Notes under the pieces: generated by a model
Databases searched by the model: none
Seen by the model: the letters and a program-made list of their open reading frames with translations, nothing else
Told to the model about the DNA's origin: nothing
Made by a program: the position numbers and the translations under genes
DNA from: Desulfurivibrionaceae bacterium
GTDB taxonomy: Bacteria > Desulfobacterota > Desulfobulbia > Desulfobulbales > Desulfurivibrionaceae
Assembly: GCA_041675265.1 (NCBI GenBank)
Contig: JBAYUD010000005.1
Location: forward strand, 11,222-75,221
Direction of reading: 5' to 3'
DNA: 64,000 nucleotides
Shown: in pieces, positions 1-9,828 of the stretch
Numbering within the stretch: position 1 is the first letter of the stretch
How the letters are laid out: every line of letters begins with the position of its first letter

Positions 1-42
1 AGTTTTGCAAGAGGCGATAAATAAAGAGGTCCTTGTTTCTCC

Positions 43-1137
43 ATGAAATTTGTCGATGAATACCGCGATCCGGCCCTGGCCGGGCGCCTTCTTGATGAAA
101 TCCGCCAGACCGTGACCCGTCCTTGGGTGATCATGGAGATCTGCGGCGGCCATACCCATGCCATCATGAAAAACGGGCTGGATCAGCTGCTGCCCGCCCA
201 GGTCGAGCTGGTGCATGGGCCGGGGTGCCCGGTCTGCGTGACCCCGGTGGAGACCATTGATCGGGCCGTAGCCATCGCTGCCAGGCCCGAGGTGATTTTC
301 ACCAGCTTCGGCGACATGCTCCGGGTGCCGGGCAGCGTCTCCAGCCTGTTCATGGCGAAATCCGCCGGGGCTGACGTGCGCATGGTTTATTCGCCCTTGG
401 AAGCCGTGGCCCTGGCCCGGCAGAACCCGGAGCGGGAGGTGGTTTTTCTGGCCGTGGGTTTTGAAACAACGGCGCCGGGCAATGCAATGGCCCTGCTGCA
501 AGCCAAGCGCGAGGGGTTGACGAATTTCAGCCTGCTGGCCAGCCATGTTCTGGTAGTGCCCGCCATCCGGGGGTTGCTCTCCTCGCCCGGGAATCGGGTG
601 CAGGGGTATCTGGCCCCGGGCCATGTCTGCACGGTCATGGGCTGGCGGGAATACGAACCGCTGGCCGAGGAATTCAAGGTGCCCATCGTGGTCACCGGCT
701 TTGAACTCGTCGACATCCTTGCCGGATTACTCATGGTGCTCCGGCAGCTTGAGGCGGGGCGCCACCAAGTGGAAAACCAGTACGGCCGCTCGGTGAGCCG
801 GGAGGGCAACCCGGCGGCCCAGCGGATCATGGCCGAGGTGTTCGTGGTGAGCGATCGCGCCTGGCGGGGGATCGGAGTCTTGCCTGCCAGCGGCCTGGTG
901 ATCAGGGATCATCTCGCCGCCTATGACGCCGAACGAAAGTTTGCCGTGGAGACCATCAAGGCGCGGGAATCGGAGTTGTGCAAAAGCGGCAATGTATTGC
1001 AGGGGCTGATCAAGCCCGACGCTTGCCCTGCCTTTGCCCGCGAATGCACCCCGGAGCACCCCCTGGGGGCGACCATGGTTTCGGGTGAGGGCGCTTGCGC
1101 TGCCTATTACAAGTATCACAGGACATCCCATGCATAA
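43..1137 (+). CDS. hypD: Hydrogenase maturation protein HypD
   Basis: [29 protein letters not shown] and C-terminal [12 protein letters not shown] are HypD hallmarks. Confidence 0.97.
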   Translation: MKFVDEYRDPALAGRLLDEIRQTVTRPWVIMEICGGHTHAIMKNGLDQLLPAQVELVHGPGCPVCVTPVETIDRAVAIAARPEVIFTSFGDMLRVPGSVSSLFMAKSAGADVRMVYSPLEAVALARQNPEREVVFLAVGFETTAPGNAMALLQAKREGLTNFSLLASHVLVVPAIRGLLSSPGNRVQGYLAPGHVCTVMGWREYEPLAEEFKVPIVVTGFELVDILAGLLMVLRQLEAGRHQVENQYGRSVSREGNPAAQRIMAEVFVVSDRAWRGIGVLPASGLVIRDHLAAYDAERKFAVETIKARESELCKSGNVLQGLIKPDACPAFARECTPEHPLGATMVSGEGACAAYYKYHRTSHA

Positions 1138-2185
1138 TCTGAATCCGGAAGACTTCAGCTGTCCCCTGCCCATCATGGAATATGAGACCATCCAACTGGC
1201 GCACGGCAGCGGCGGGCGGCTCTCCGCCGAGCTTGTCAGCCGGTTCTTTCTGCCGCGCTTCGGCAATGAAACCCTGAACCGGCTGGAGGATCAGGCGGTT
1301 GTCGATTTTCCCCAAGGCCGCTTGGCCCTGACCACCGATTCCTTTGTGGTGGATCCCCTTTTCTTTCCCGGCGGCGATATCGGCGATCTGGCGATCAACG
1401 GGACGGTGAACGATGTCTGCATGGGCGGGGCCACGCCGCTCTATCTGGCCGCCGCCTTTATCATCGAGGAGGGTCTGCCCATGGCCACCCTGCACCGCGT
1501 TCTGCTCTCCATGGAAAAGGCGGCAAAAACCGCCGGGGTGCGGATCGTGACCGGGGACACCAAGGTGGTCAACCGGGGCTGCTGCGACAAGCTCTTCATC
1601 ACCACCACCGGGGTGGGGCTGGTGCCGGCAGGGGTGAACATCTCCGCGGCCAATCTCGAGCCGGGGGACAAGGTCATCCTTTCCGGCACCATTGCCGATC
1701 ACGGCATGGCGATCCTGACCTCTCGGGAAGGGCTTTCCTTTGCCTCACGGGTGCACAGCGATACGGCGGCTCTGAATGGCCTGGTGGACCGGATGCTGCA
1801 CGCCTCTCCCGCCATCCACGCCATGCGCGATCCCACCCGTGGGGGCCTTGCCACTACGCTCAACGAGTTTGCCGCATCCTCCGGGGTCGGCATCATGTTG
1901 GAGGAGGCAGCCATTCCGGTGCGGCCCGAGGTGCGGGGCGCCTGCGAGGTGCTGGGCATCGACCCGATGTACGTCGCCAACGAGGGCAAGCTGGTGGCCG
2001 TTGTTCCGGCGGAGGTTGCCGGCACGGTGGTGGACGCCATGCGAAGCCATCCCCAGGGGCGGGAGGCCGCGATTATCGGCGAGGTTGTTGCAGGCAACCG
2101 GGGGCTGGTGGCCATGCGTACAGCCTTAGGGGCGCAAAGGATTGTGGATATGCCGGTGGGCGAACAGCTGCCGAGAATATGCTGA
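1130..2185 (+). CDS. hypE: Hydrogenase maturation protein HypE
   Basis: [32 protein letters not shown] and terminal PRIC. Start placed at ATG 1130, overlapping the hypD 3' end. Confidence 0.96.
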   Translation: MHNLNPEDFSCPLPIMEYETIQLAHGSGGRLSAELVSRFFLPRFGNETLNRLEDQAVVDFPQGRLALTTDSFVVDPLFFPGGDIGDLAINGTVNDVCMGGATPLYLAAAFIIEEGLPMATLHRVLLSMEKAAKTAGVRIVTGDTKVVNRGCCDKLFITTTGVGLVPAGVNISAANLEPGDKVILSGTIADHGMAILTSREGLSFASRVHSDTAALNGLVDRMLHASPAIHAMRDPTRGGLATTLNEFAASSGVGIMLEEAAIPVRPEVRGACEVLGIDPMYVANEGKLVAVVPAEVAGTVVDAMRSHPQGREAAIIGEVVAGNRGLVAMRTALGAQRIVDMPVGEQLPRIC

Positions 2186-2264
2186 TCCGGGCCAATGGAA
2201 AGCAATTCCTAGAACAACAAGGGTTTGCCGGCAGGAAGAAAAAGAGAAAAACACAGATGATTTG

Positions 2265-2294
2265 TTGACTTTTTTGAAAGTAACCAGTTATAAA
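2265..2294 (+). promoter_or_regulatory. Candidate sigma70 promoter of the cytochrome c / DUF3373 operon
   Basis: TTGACT (2265-2270), 18 bp, TATAAA (2289-2294) in an AT-rich gap; overlapped by an inverted repeat TGAAAGT-N12-ACTTTCA (2275-2300). Confidence 0.5.
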
Positions 2295-2346
2295 CTTTCA
2301 GGAAACAGGATTTCTGTTATCAATTTTTGAAATGGGAGGTGAGTTG

Positions 2347-2649
2347 GTGCAGAAGCGAATCGTAACAATGCTGACAGCAATGTCGCTGATGCTTCCTACT
2401 GTCGCTTTGGCGGCCAGCGGGGACGCGCTCTTTTTGCAGAGCTGTGGCGCATGCCACAAAAAGGGAGGCAAGGCGTCTATTGTGAACCCTGCCGACAAGG
2501 CCGGTACGGTGTGGGAGAAATATTTTGCCCGTGGACGTCACACGGCGGATATGGGCATGAGTGATGCAGACCTGCAGGCGGTGGTGAAGTATTTGGTGAA
2601 GCACGCAGCCGACAGTGACCAACCGGCAGCGGCGGTTATCCCCAAATAA
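2347..2649 (+). CDS. Small exported monoheme cytochrome c
   Basis: Signal peptide ending ALA, one CGACH heme motif; GTG 2347 follows GGGAGG RBS. Confidence 0.85.
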   Translation: MQKRIVTMLTAMSLMLPTVALAASGDALFLQSCGACHKKGGKASIVNPADKAGTVWEKYFARGRHTADMGMSDADLQAVVKYLVKHAADSDQPAAAVIPK

Positions 2650-2691
2650 TTCACTGGCGAAAAAAGATATTCACTGGGAGGAGGAGAATAA

Positions 2692-4188
2692 GTGAAAAAA
2701 ATTTTATTGACCGCAGGTGCATTGCTGGCCTGGACAGGCTGCGCCGTTGCTGGAGCAGGTGGCCAGACTGTAGCCATTCCGGTAGAAGACTATAAAGCGA
2801 TTCTGGAACGTCTGGACACCTTGCAGAAGCGTGTTGACCAGATGGAAAAAACCGACAGCCCTTCCGGCAAGGCAGCTTCCGCCGCCATGCCGAGCAAGTT
2901 GGCCAAGGATGTGGAAACCATCTTCGATACCCTGGACAAGGTTGAAACCAAGACCTTGAAGGATCGGATCAACCTGGGTGCGGAGTTGCGGACCAGGGCT
3001 GATTTCTTCACCTTGAAAAACTCCACATCTTTAACCCCGGGATCTTTGGTGGCAGAAGAGCATAACGACAATTACTGGAGCAACCGCTTCCGTCTGAATC
3101 TTGATTCCGAGATCAGAAAGAACCTGTTGTTCACCGGTCGTGTTACTGCCTACAAGAATTTTGCCAACAACGAAAACAATGCGTTTGCTAATGACTCCAA
3201 TGCGGCCCATGTGCCTGGGGACAGCGGCTTGAAGCTGGATCGTGCTTATGTGGACTGGATTCCCGAGGACATGCCCATCCCGTTGGCCCTGACCTTCGGC
3301 CGTCATCCTTCCTCCGAGGGCCCTCCCTCCGAGTTGAAGGAGAACCGTCTCCGCCAGTCCACCTACCCCTCCCTTCTGTTTGACGGCGAGGCGGACGGCG
3401 TGGTGGCCACCGTTGGTTTGGAGCGGTATCTGGGGTGGAAGAACTCCGGTCTCCGTTTTGCATGGGGCAAGGCTTACCAAGACACCAATACTGCTGTAAG
3501 CTACATGGATAACGCTGGCGGAATGTATGATGACACCAATGTTTATGCCATGTTTTTCGAGACCGAGATTCCTGGGGTGCGGGACAGTCTTCTCGTCTTA
3601 AGTGCTCTCCAGGTGAAGAATTTGAATGCCGACACCTCATATTTTGGTGCAACTACCACTACCAAGGTAGATATCGGTGACATGAATTTGTATGGTGTTC
3701 ATGCGCAGGCCAATAATCTGATGGATTCAGGATTTGATCTGTTTGCTTCAGCAGGGATCAATGAAACAGACCCGAACGGCGCAACGGCCACTATTACTGG
3801 TGGTCCTTACAACGGGTATGCTCTCGGGTTGATGAATACTGGGGCGAATAACGATGAACATTCCGGGTGGGCTCTCCATGCCGGCCTGCGTTACAACATT
3901 GCGTATAAGCCATGGAACAACCCCAAGGTCGGCTTTGAGTACAATCATGGCAGCGACAATTGGTTCAGCTTTACCTGGGGCAGCGCCGAACTGTACAACA
4001 AGTTGGCTGCGCGCGGCGATGCTTATGATTTCTACTACATTCAGCCGTTCAACGACAATCTTTTTGGCCGCTTGGGATACACCCATATCGACTACAACTA
4101 TAGTAATAGCGGAATGCACATAGGCGATTTTGGTGATTCCATCACCGATCTTGACAATCTCTATTTCCTGCTCGACTGCCGCTTCTAA
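2692..4188 (+). CDS. DUF3373-like outer-membrane beta-barrel protein
   Basis: Signal peptide, N-terminal coiled coil (ILERLDTLQKRVDQME), alternating beta-strand pattern, LDRAYVDW segment, C-terminal Phe (LLDCRF); GGAGGAG RBS. Confidence 0.7.
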   Translation: MKKILLTAGALLAWTGCAVAGAGGQTVAIPVEDYKAILERLDTLQKRVDQMEKTDSPSGKAASAAMPSKLAKDVETIFDTLDKVETKTLKDRINLGAELRTRADFFTLKNSTSLTPGSLVAEEHNDNYWSNRFRLNLDSEIRKNLLFTGRVTAYKNFANNENNAFANDSNAAHVPGDSGLKLDRAYVDWIPEDMPIPLALTFGRHPSSEGPPSELKENRLRQSTYPSLLFDGEADGVVATVGLERYLGWKNSGLRFAWGKAYQDTNTAVSYMDNAGGMYDDTNVYAMFFETEIPGVRDSLLVLSALQVKNLNADTSYFGATTTTKVDIGDMNLYGVHAQANNLMDSGFDLFASAGINETDPNGATATITGGPYNGYALGLMNTGANNDEHSGWALHAGLRYNIAYKPWNNPKVGFEYNHGSDNWFSFTWGSAELYNKLAARGDAYDFYYIQPFNDNLFGRLGYTHIDYNYSNSGMHIGDFGDSITDLDNLYFLLDCRF

Positions 4189-4216
4189 CGCACGAGCAAG
4201 ACTGTTTTGGCATCAG

Positions 4217-4244
4217 AGGGTGGCCGTTTGGCCACCCTTTTTTT
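4217..4244 (+). terminator. Intrinsic terminator
   Basis: GGGTGGCC-GTTT-GGCCACCC hairpin followed by a T run, 30 bp after the stop of 2692..4188. Confidence 0.85.
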
Positions 4245-4391
4245 ATGGTTTTTCTGACCATGTGCTGTTCCAGTTTTGCCAAGTCTACGGCAAGGTGTAG
4301 CGAACCCACTTGCGCGGGATGGATGAATTGATATAGTTTTGAAAATATCGTGAGTGCCATTTTTCAAGCACAAACTGACAGGTGTGTCCCC

Positions 4392-5708
4392 ATGGATATT
4401 CGTTTACGATTCTTTTTTCCTGTGCTGGCGGTGCTGGCGTCCCTTTTCTCCGGCTGCGCGATGAATCCCGTTACCGGCAAGTCCGAGCTGGCTTTTTACA
4501 GCTTGAGCGAACAGGAAGAAGTCTCCCTCGGCAAAAAGGCCTTTCCCGAGGTAATCCAACGGATGCAGGGGGAGTACGATGATCCGCATCTTAAGGAGTA
4601 CGTCACCGCGATTGGAATGCGCCTGGCCAAGGTCAGCCATCGGCCCAATCTTCCCTATGCCTTCAAGGTGGTGAACGACTCCAGCCCCAATGCCTTTGCC
4701 ATGCCCGGCGGCAATATCGCCATCACCCGCGGTCTGCTGGTTGCCCTGGAAAACGAGGCCCAGCTTGCCGCGGTGCTGGGGCATGAGCTTGGTCATGTCA
4801 CGGCCCGGCATTCGTTGCAGAACCTGCAACGCGGGATATTGTTCAACATCGGTCTGCAGGTTTTGTCCTATGGGAGCAGTGGAACTTCTTACGGCATCCT
4901 GGCGCAGCAGGCAGGGCAGGTGGCAGGCGCGCTGCTGGACAGCTCGTACAGCCGCGAGGAGGAGCGGGAGGCTGACCGGCTGGGTATTGATTATATGGTG
5001 AAGGCTCAGTACAGCCCCAAGGGTGCCGTGGAGTTGCAGGAATTTTTGGCCCAAAAAAGTGGAGAGGGGGAAGCCCTGTGGCTCCAAGGGCTGTTCCGGA
5101 CCCATCCTTTCTCCAAGGAACGGATGCGGGATAACCAGTACTACATCGACAGCAACTACAACTGGGCCATGAACAATGAGGCGTATGTCTCCGGGGCCGG
5201 AGAGTTCCAACGGGCCATGGCGCCGTTGAGGAAAACCAAGGAGGCGTATGACGATTACGATAAGGGCAGGGAAAAAGAGCAGGCTAAGGATCTGGCCGGA
5301 GCCATTGCCCTGTATGAGCAGGCGGTTCACAAAGCCCCGCGGCAGGCTCTGCTGCAAAATGCACTGGGAATGGCGTATCTGAAAAACGACAGCCCGGAGC
5401 AAGCAAAAAAATATTTGAGCAAGGCCGTGCAGCTGGATGGGGATTATCACGAAAGCCATTTCGGCCTTGGCTACCTGTACCTGCAGGAGAACAATCCCGC
5501 CTCGGCCAAGGAACATCTGCAAAAAAGCATGAAGCTTATGCCCACCTTGGGGAGCGCCTTTTTTCTTGCCGAAAGCTATGAAAAAACCGGGGAGCTTGCA
5601 AAGGCCCATGCCTTATACGGTCAGGTGGCGGCGGCTGATTCACGCGGGAACCTGGGCAGGGCCGCGGCTGCCAGATACAGAGCGCTTGGGGGGACGGGCC
5701 GCCGTTAG
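4392..5708 (+). CDS. M48-family Zn metalloprotease lipoprotein with TPR repeats (BepA/YfgC-like)
   Basis: Lipobox LFSGC, NAFAMPGG, HELGH zinc motif, YSREEEREADRLG, RTHP, C-terminal TPR-like helices. Confidence 0.9.
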   Translation: MDIRLRFFFPVLAVLASLFSGCAMNPVTGKSELAFYSLSEQEEVSLGKKAFPEVIQRMQGEYDDPHLKEYVTAIGMRLAKVSHRPNLPYAFKVVNDSSPNAFAMPGGNIAITRGLLVALENEAQLAAVLGHELGHVTARHSLQNLQRGILFNIGLQVLSYGSSGTSYGILAQQAGQVAGALLDSSYSREEEREADRLGIDYMVKAQYSPKGAVELQEFLAQKSGEGEALWLQGLFRTHPFSKERMRDNQYYIDSNYNWAMNNEAYVSGAGEFQRAMAPLRKTKEAYDDYDKGREKEQAKDLAGAIALYEQAVHKAPRQALLQNALGMAYLKNDSPEQAKKYLSKAVQLDGDYHESHFGLGYLYLQENNPASAKEHLQKSMKLMPTLGSAFFLAESYEKTGELAKAHALYGQVAAADSRGNLGRAAAARYRALGGTGRR

Positions 5709-5713
5709 GAAGA

Positions 5714-6442
5714 TCAGGATTTGTCCGGGGTCTCGAGGGTTTTCAGAAACGGCTCGAACAGGTAGCGGAGTTCTTCGAGGGACTGCTTGACCATATAGGG
5801 CAGGGCCTTGGCGTACATATCGAGCAGGATAATGGCATTGACGGACGAGTCTGTTGTTGAGCCGCTCCGGACTCTTTTCGCCATGGCCAGGTTGACTTCC
5901 TGAATGGTGCGGTACAGATCGGTCAATTTCTCCAGGTTGAAATCCGCCTGTTTTCCCTCGTTGGTTACAAAATATTGGGCCAGCATATAGGTTGCGGTGG
6001 CGCGGAAGATGGTTTCTTCCTCGTTGGCCAGCGGCAGGTGAAACCGGGCCATGGGCTTGAAAAAGGCGGTGTGCGGGCAGCCGCTTGTCGCGATGACAAG
6101 CCCCATCAGGGAGCAGAGCGCCCTTTGTGCCGTGGTTTTCTGGATGGTTATCCTCTCGGCGGTTGTTACCTGAAGGTCCACCAGGTCAAAGGAGAGAAGC
6201 TTTTCTCCCCTCCGGACAATGGGGGCAAGGTTGCCTGCGGCGGGGCAGTGGGGAGAGGCTGCCTCCGTCAACGGGCAACTGGCGCACTGGGCAAAGGAGA
6301 GCGCGGTCCAGTGCGGCAAGGGTTCGGCAGCGGAGTCGGGCAGGGATTCAAGGGTCTGGGGGGCGAGGCGGATGGTAAAAAGCTCTTCGCTGTTGTCCTG
6401 CAGGCGGAAGCGGTATTCGATGACCAGTGGCTGCGGTTCCAT
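5714..6442 (-). CDS. Conserved hypothetical protein, Cys-rich (DUF6901-like)
   Basis: CASCPL..HCPAA and SGCPHTAFFKPMARFHLP motifs; convergent with upstream gene. Confidence 0.65.
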   Translation of the reverse strand: MEPQPLVIEYRFRLQDNSEELFTIRLAPQTLESLPDSAAEPLPHWTALSFAQCASCPLTEAASPHCPAAGNLAPIVRRGEKLLSFDLVDLQVTTAERITIQKTTAQRALCSLMGLVIATSGCPHTAFFKPMARFHLPLANEEETIFRATATYMLAQYFVTNEGKQADFNLEKLTDLYRTIQEVNLAMAKRVRSGSTTDSSVNAIILLDMYAKALPYMVKQSLEELRYLFEPFLKTLETPDKS

Positions 6443-6706
6443 GTTCGCGCGGTGCTCTCCTGTGTCGTTTCCCGAATTGGCGCCGGGGCCGGGTTCCCCC
6501 CCCCATTAACGAAGAATGCCCTTATGGTAGGCGAAATCATTCAGAAAAGCAATGATTCGTCTCGATTGGCCGCCGTGTCCACCGGGTAAGGCCGGTCGGA
6601 GATTTTGACTTTAACGCCGCCACTCTGTACACTGATTGCGGACAGGGGTGAATGCTTACTAACCGCGGGGATTCCGAGGGAATTCCTCGCATTGCCGGAA
6701 CACCGT

Positions 6707-8188
6707 ATGACACTGAGTCAATTGTTGTCCACCATCCTGGTGATTCCCGGGATCATTTTTCTCATTGCCGCGGCGCGGCTTTGCATGCAGACCAGGCGGC
6801 TGGTTCCCCTTTCCTGCGTGGGAAAATGGCGGGCTCTGTCTGCCCTGAATGTGTTTTTTATTGCCGGATACCTTTTCTTTATCATCATTCAGGTCAGACA
6901 TCTTGTTTTTCCGGTGGAACTCATCACCGGGCTGGTTTTTTTCGGTGGTTCCCTCTTTGTTTTCCTGGTCATCGGCCTGTCCAGGCTCACCATCACCAGG
7001 GTGCATGAGGCGGACCTGGAAATCGTCCGGACGAATACCGCCCTTGTTCAGAAAAACACGGAGCTTGAAAAGGAGATTGTCGCCCGGCTTGAGGCGGAAG
7101 GACGGGCCAAGGCAAGGCTCCAGCATCTGACCACCCTGCACGCCATCGACATGGTGATTACCGCGAGTCTGGATCTGCGGCTGACCATGAAGCTTTTTCT
7201 GGAACAGACCGTGTCGCAGCTGGGCATGGATGCCGGGGCCATTCTTTTGCTCAACACCCACACCCAGACCCTGGATCATGGGGCGGATTGGGGTTTTGAA
7301 GGGATCGGCATCCGCAAATCCAAGGTGCGGCTTGGCGAAGGCGGGGCCGGGATTGCCGCCTATGAGCGGCGGGTCGTTCATATTCCGGATATTGACGAAC
7401 AGCCCAATCCGTTTGTCCGCAATGAGTTGCTCATAAAAGAAAAATTCATAACCTATTATGCTGTGCCCCTCATTGCCAAAGGGCAGGTGAAGGGCGTTTT
7501 CGAGATTTTTTCCCGGGAGCGGTTTGAGGCCGACCCGGAATGGTCCGATTTTTTTGAGGCCTTGGCCATTCAGGCGGCAATCGCCATCGATAACGCGACG
7601 CTTTTCCGCAAACTCCAGGAGTCGAACATCGAATTGACCCTGGCCTACGACACCACCATCGAGGGCTGGGCAAAGGCTCTGGAGCTGCGCGATTCGGAAA
7701 CCGAGGGCCATACCCAGCGGGTGGCGGAGCTCACCTTGAAGGTGGCCTGCGCCTTGGGCATCCGGGAGGATGAGCTGGATCATGTCCGCCGCGGCGCCCT
7801 GCTCCATGATATCGGCAAGATGGCGGTGCCGGATACGGTTTTGATGAAGCCCGGCCCGCTCACCGAAGAGGAGCAGCAGATTATGCGGCGGCATCCGGCC
7901 TTTGCCTTTGACCTGTTGTCCCCCATTCACTATCTGCGCCCGGCCCTGGATATCCCCTATTGTCATCATGAACGGTGGGATGGCACCGGTTATCCGCGCG
8001 GCTTGAAAGGCGAGCAGATTCCCCTGGCGGCCAGGATCTTCTCCATTGCCGACAATTGGGACGCCCTGATCTCGGCCCGGCGCTATCGGGAGGCATGGCC
8101 TCCGGAAAAGGTTGCCCAACACATCCGTTCCCTGGCCGGAACCCAGTTTGATCCGAATCTGGTGGATATCTTTTTGGCTTCGGTATGA
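6707..8188 (+). CDS. Membrane-anchored GAF + HD-GYP c-di-GMP phosphodiesterase
   Basis: Three N-terminal TM segments, GAF region, HDIGK and HHERWDGTGYP motifs. Start uncertain (TTG 6605 or ATG 6707). Confidence 0.9.
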   Translation: MTLSQLLSTILVIPGIIFLIAAARLCMQTRRLVPLSCVGKWRALSALNVFFIAGYLFFIIIQVRHLVFPVELITGLVFFGGSLFVFLVIGLSRLTITRVHEADLEIVRTNTALVQKNTELEKEIVARLEAEGRAKARLQHLTTLHAIDMVITASLDLRLTMKLFLEQTVSQLGMDAGAILLLNTHTQTLDHGADWGFEGIGIRKSKVRLGEGGAGIAAYERRVVHIPDIDEQPNPFVRNELLIKEKFITYYAVPLIAKGQVKGVFEIFSRERFEADPEWSDFFEALAIQAAIAIDNATLFRKLQESNIELTLAYDTTIEGWAKALELRDSETEGHTQRVAELTLKVACALGIREDELDHVRRGALLHDIGKMAVPDTVLMKPGPLTEEEQQIMRRHPAFAFDLLSPIHYLRPALDIPYCHHERWDGTGYPRGLKGEQIPLAARIFSIADNWDALISARRYREAWPPEKVAQHIRSLAGTQFDPNLVDIFLASV

Positions 8189-8284
8189 CCATTGCAGCTT
8201 TTTTCTCCGTTTCGGCCCTTCAGTGGTTCTCCCCGTTCCAAGACCGTTAATTGACAGGCGAATGTAATTTCCCCAAGGAGTGTT

Positions 8285-9718
8285 ATGGGCAAGGCAAAAT
8301 TTGGGAGGGGTAATCTCTTGCGGATCATCGTGGTTGTCGTGGCGGTTGCCTGGTTGGCTCTCATGGCGTATGGAAAGGGTAAGCCCCTGCCCAAGGGGGT
8401 CTCGTTTGCAGGGGTGGCGCGTGTTGCCTCGGAGGTCGAGTTTCTGGCCGATCGCACCTATCAGCGGGACGGGCAGCCGGTGCGCGAGCAAGCCATTTTT
8501 AGCCGGATCCACCGGATCATCGACAAGGCTGAGCGTTTTGTTCTGCTCGACCTTTTTCTCTTCAACAGCGTTCATGCCCCAGGGGAGAAATATCCTCCCC
8601 TGTCCGAGGAGATGACCCGCAGGCTCGTTGAAAAAAAACAGCGGTCGCCCCAGGTGGACATTGTGCTCATCACCGATCCGATCAACCGGAGCTACGGAGG
8701 GGAGGAACCGGAGCATTTCAAGAGGTTGCGGGCAAGCGGGGTGCGGATCATTTACACCGATACCGGCAAGCTGCGTGATTCCAACTTCATCTACTCGGCC
8801 TGGTGGCGGCTTTTTTACCAATGGTTCGGCGTCAACGGGGAAGGCTGGCTGCCGTCGCCTTTCGCTAAAAATGGCCCGGCCATGACCATGCGGGGGTATT
8901 TGAGCCTGTTCAACTTCAAGGCCAATCACCGCAAGGTGGTGGCCAGTGAAAAAGAGGCGCTCATCACCTCCGCCAACCCCCATGACGCAAGCGGTTACCA
9001 TTCCAACATCGCCATCGTCGCCCAAGGGGCGGTGGTGCGGGATGTCGTCGCGGCGGAGGCTGCGGTGGCAAGCCTTTCCGGCGAGACTTTGCCCCAATGG
9101 GAGATCCCGGATCGCCCCGAAGCCGGCACCGTGCATCTGTGCCTGCTCACCGAAGGGAAGATCAAGGCGCGGCTGTTAACGGCCCTCTCCCGTTGCGGGA
9201 GCGGCTGTTCGGTGCGGATGGCCATGTTCTATCTCTCCGACCGCGAGATTATCGCAGGACTTCTCGGGGCAGCGGCCAGGGGGGCCGAGGTGCGGCTGCT
9301 CCTTGATCCCAACAAGGATGCCTTCGGCCGCAAAAAAAACGGCATCCCCAACCGGCCGGTGGCCCGGGAGCTTGTCGAGAAATCCCAGGGCAAAATCCAG
9401 GTGCGCTGGTACGGGACGCGCGGCGAGCAGTTTCATCCCAAGCTGGCCATGATTGCCCTGCCTCGAGAAACAGTGCTCATCGGTGGCTCGGCCAATCTGA
9501 CCCGGCGGAATCTTGACGACCTGAACCTGGAGGCCTGCCTTGAGGTGACGGGCCCGGCGGATTCTCCGGTGGCCAGGGAGGCAAACGATTATTTCGAGAG
9601 GATCTGGCGGAACCGGGATGGGGTCTATTCCGTTGATTACAAGGAGTTTGCCGAAAATTCGCCGCTTCGGTACGGTCTCTACCGTTTTCAGGAGTGGAGC
9701 GGGATGTCCACATTTTAA
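8285..9718 (+). CDS. Phospholipase D superfamily protein
   Basis: N-terminal TM anchor; two HxK motifs (NHRKVV..SAN, FHPKLA..GSANL). Confidence 0.85.
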   Translation: MGKAKFGRGNLLRIIVVVVAVAWLALMAYGKGKPLPKGVSFAGVARVASEVEFLADRTYQRDGQPVREQAIFSRIHRIIDKAERFVLLDLFLFNSVHAPGEKYPPLSEEMTRRLVEKKQRSPQVDIVLITDPINRSYGGEEPEHFKRLRASGVRIIYTDTGKLRDSNFIYSAWWRLFYQWFGVNGEGWLPSPFAKNGPAMTMRGYLSLFNFKANHRKVVASEKEALITSANPHDASGYHSNIAIVAQGAVVRDVVAAEAAVASLSGETLPQWEIPDRPEAGTVHLCLLTEGKIKARLLTALSRCGSGCSVRMAMFYLSDREIIAGLLGAAARGAEVRLLLDPNKDAFGRKKNGIPNRPVARELVEKSQGKIQVRWYGTRGEQFHPKLAMIALPRETVLIGGSANLTRRNLDDLNLEACLEVTGPADSPVAREANDYFERIWRNRDGVYSVDYKEFAENSPLRYGLYRFQEWSGMSTF

Positions 9719-9828
9719 CCGCACGGCGGAGGGAAAACTTGTGCTACAATTAAAAAAAGGCGGTGCGGCACAGGGATACTCAGGGCCGAGAGGCGAGTCC
9801 GATCGGCTATAGGGTTTTGGGGACGACC

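Noticed and set aside
6659-9136. 825-aa minus-strand ORF and similar long antisense ORFs (e.g. 4404-5609, 17799-19457, 25013-27016, 27182-28966, 59961-61682)
   Set aside because: Shadows of well-supported opposite-strand genes in GC-rich DNA; no recognisable motifs.
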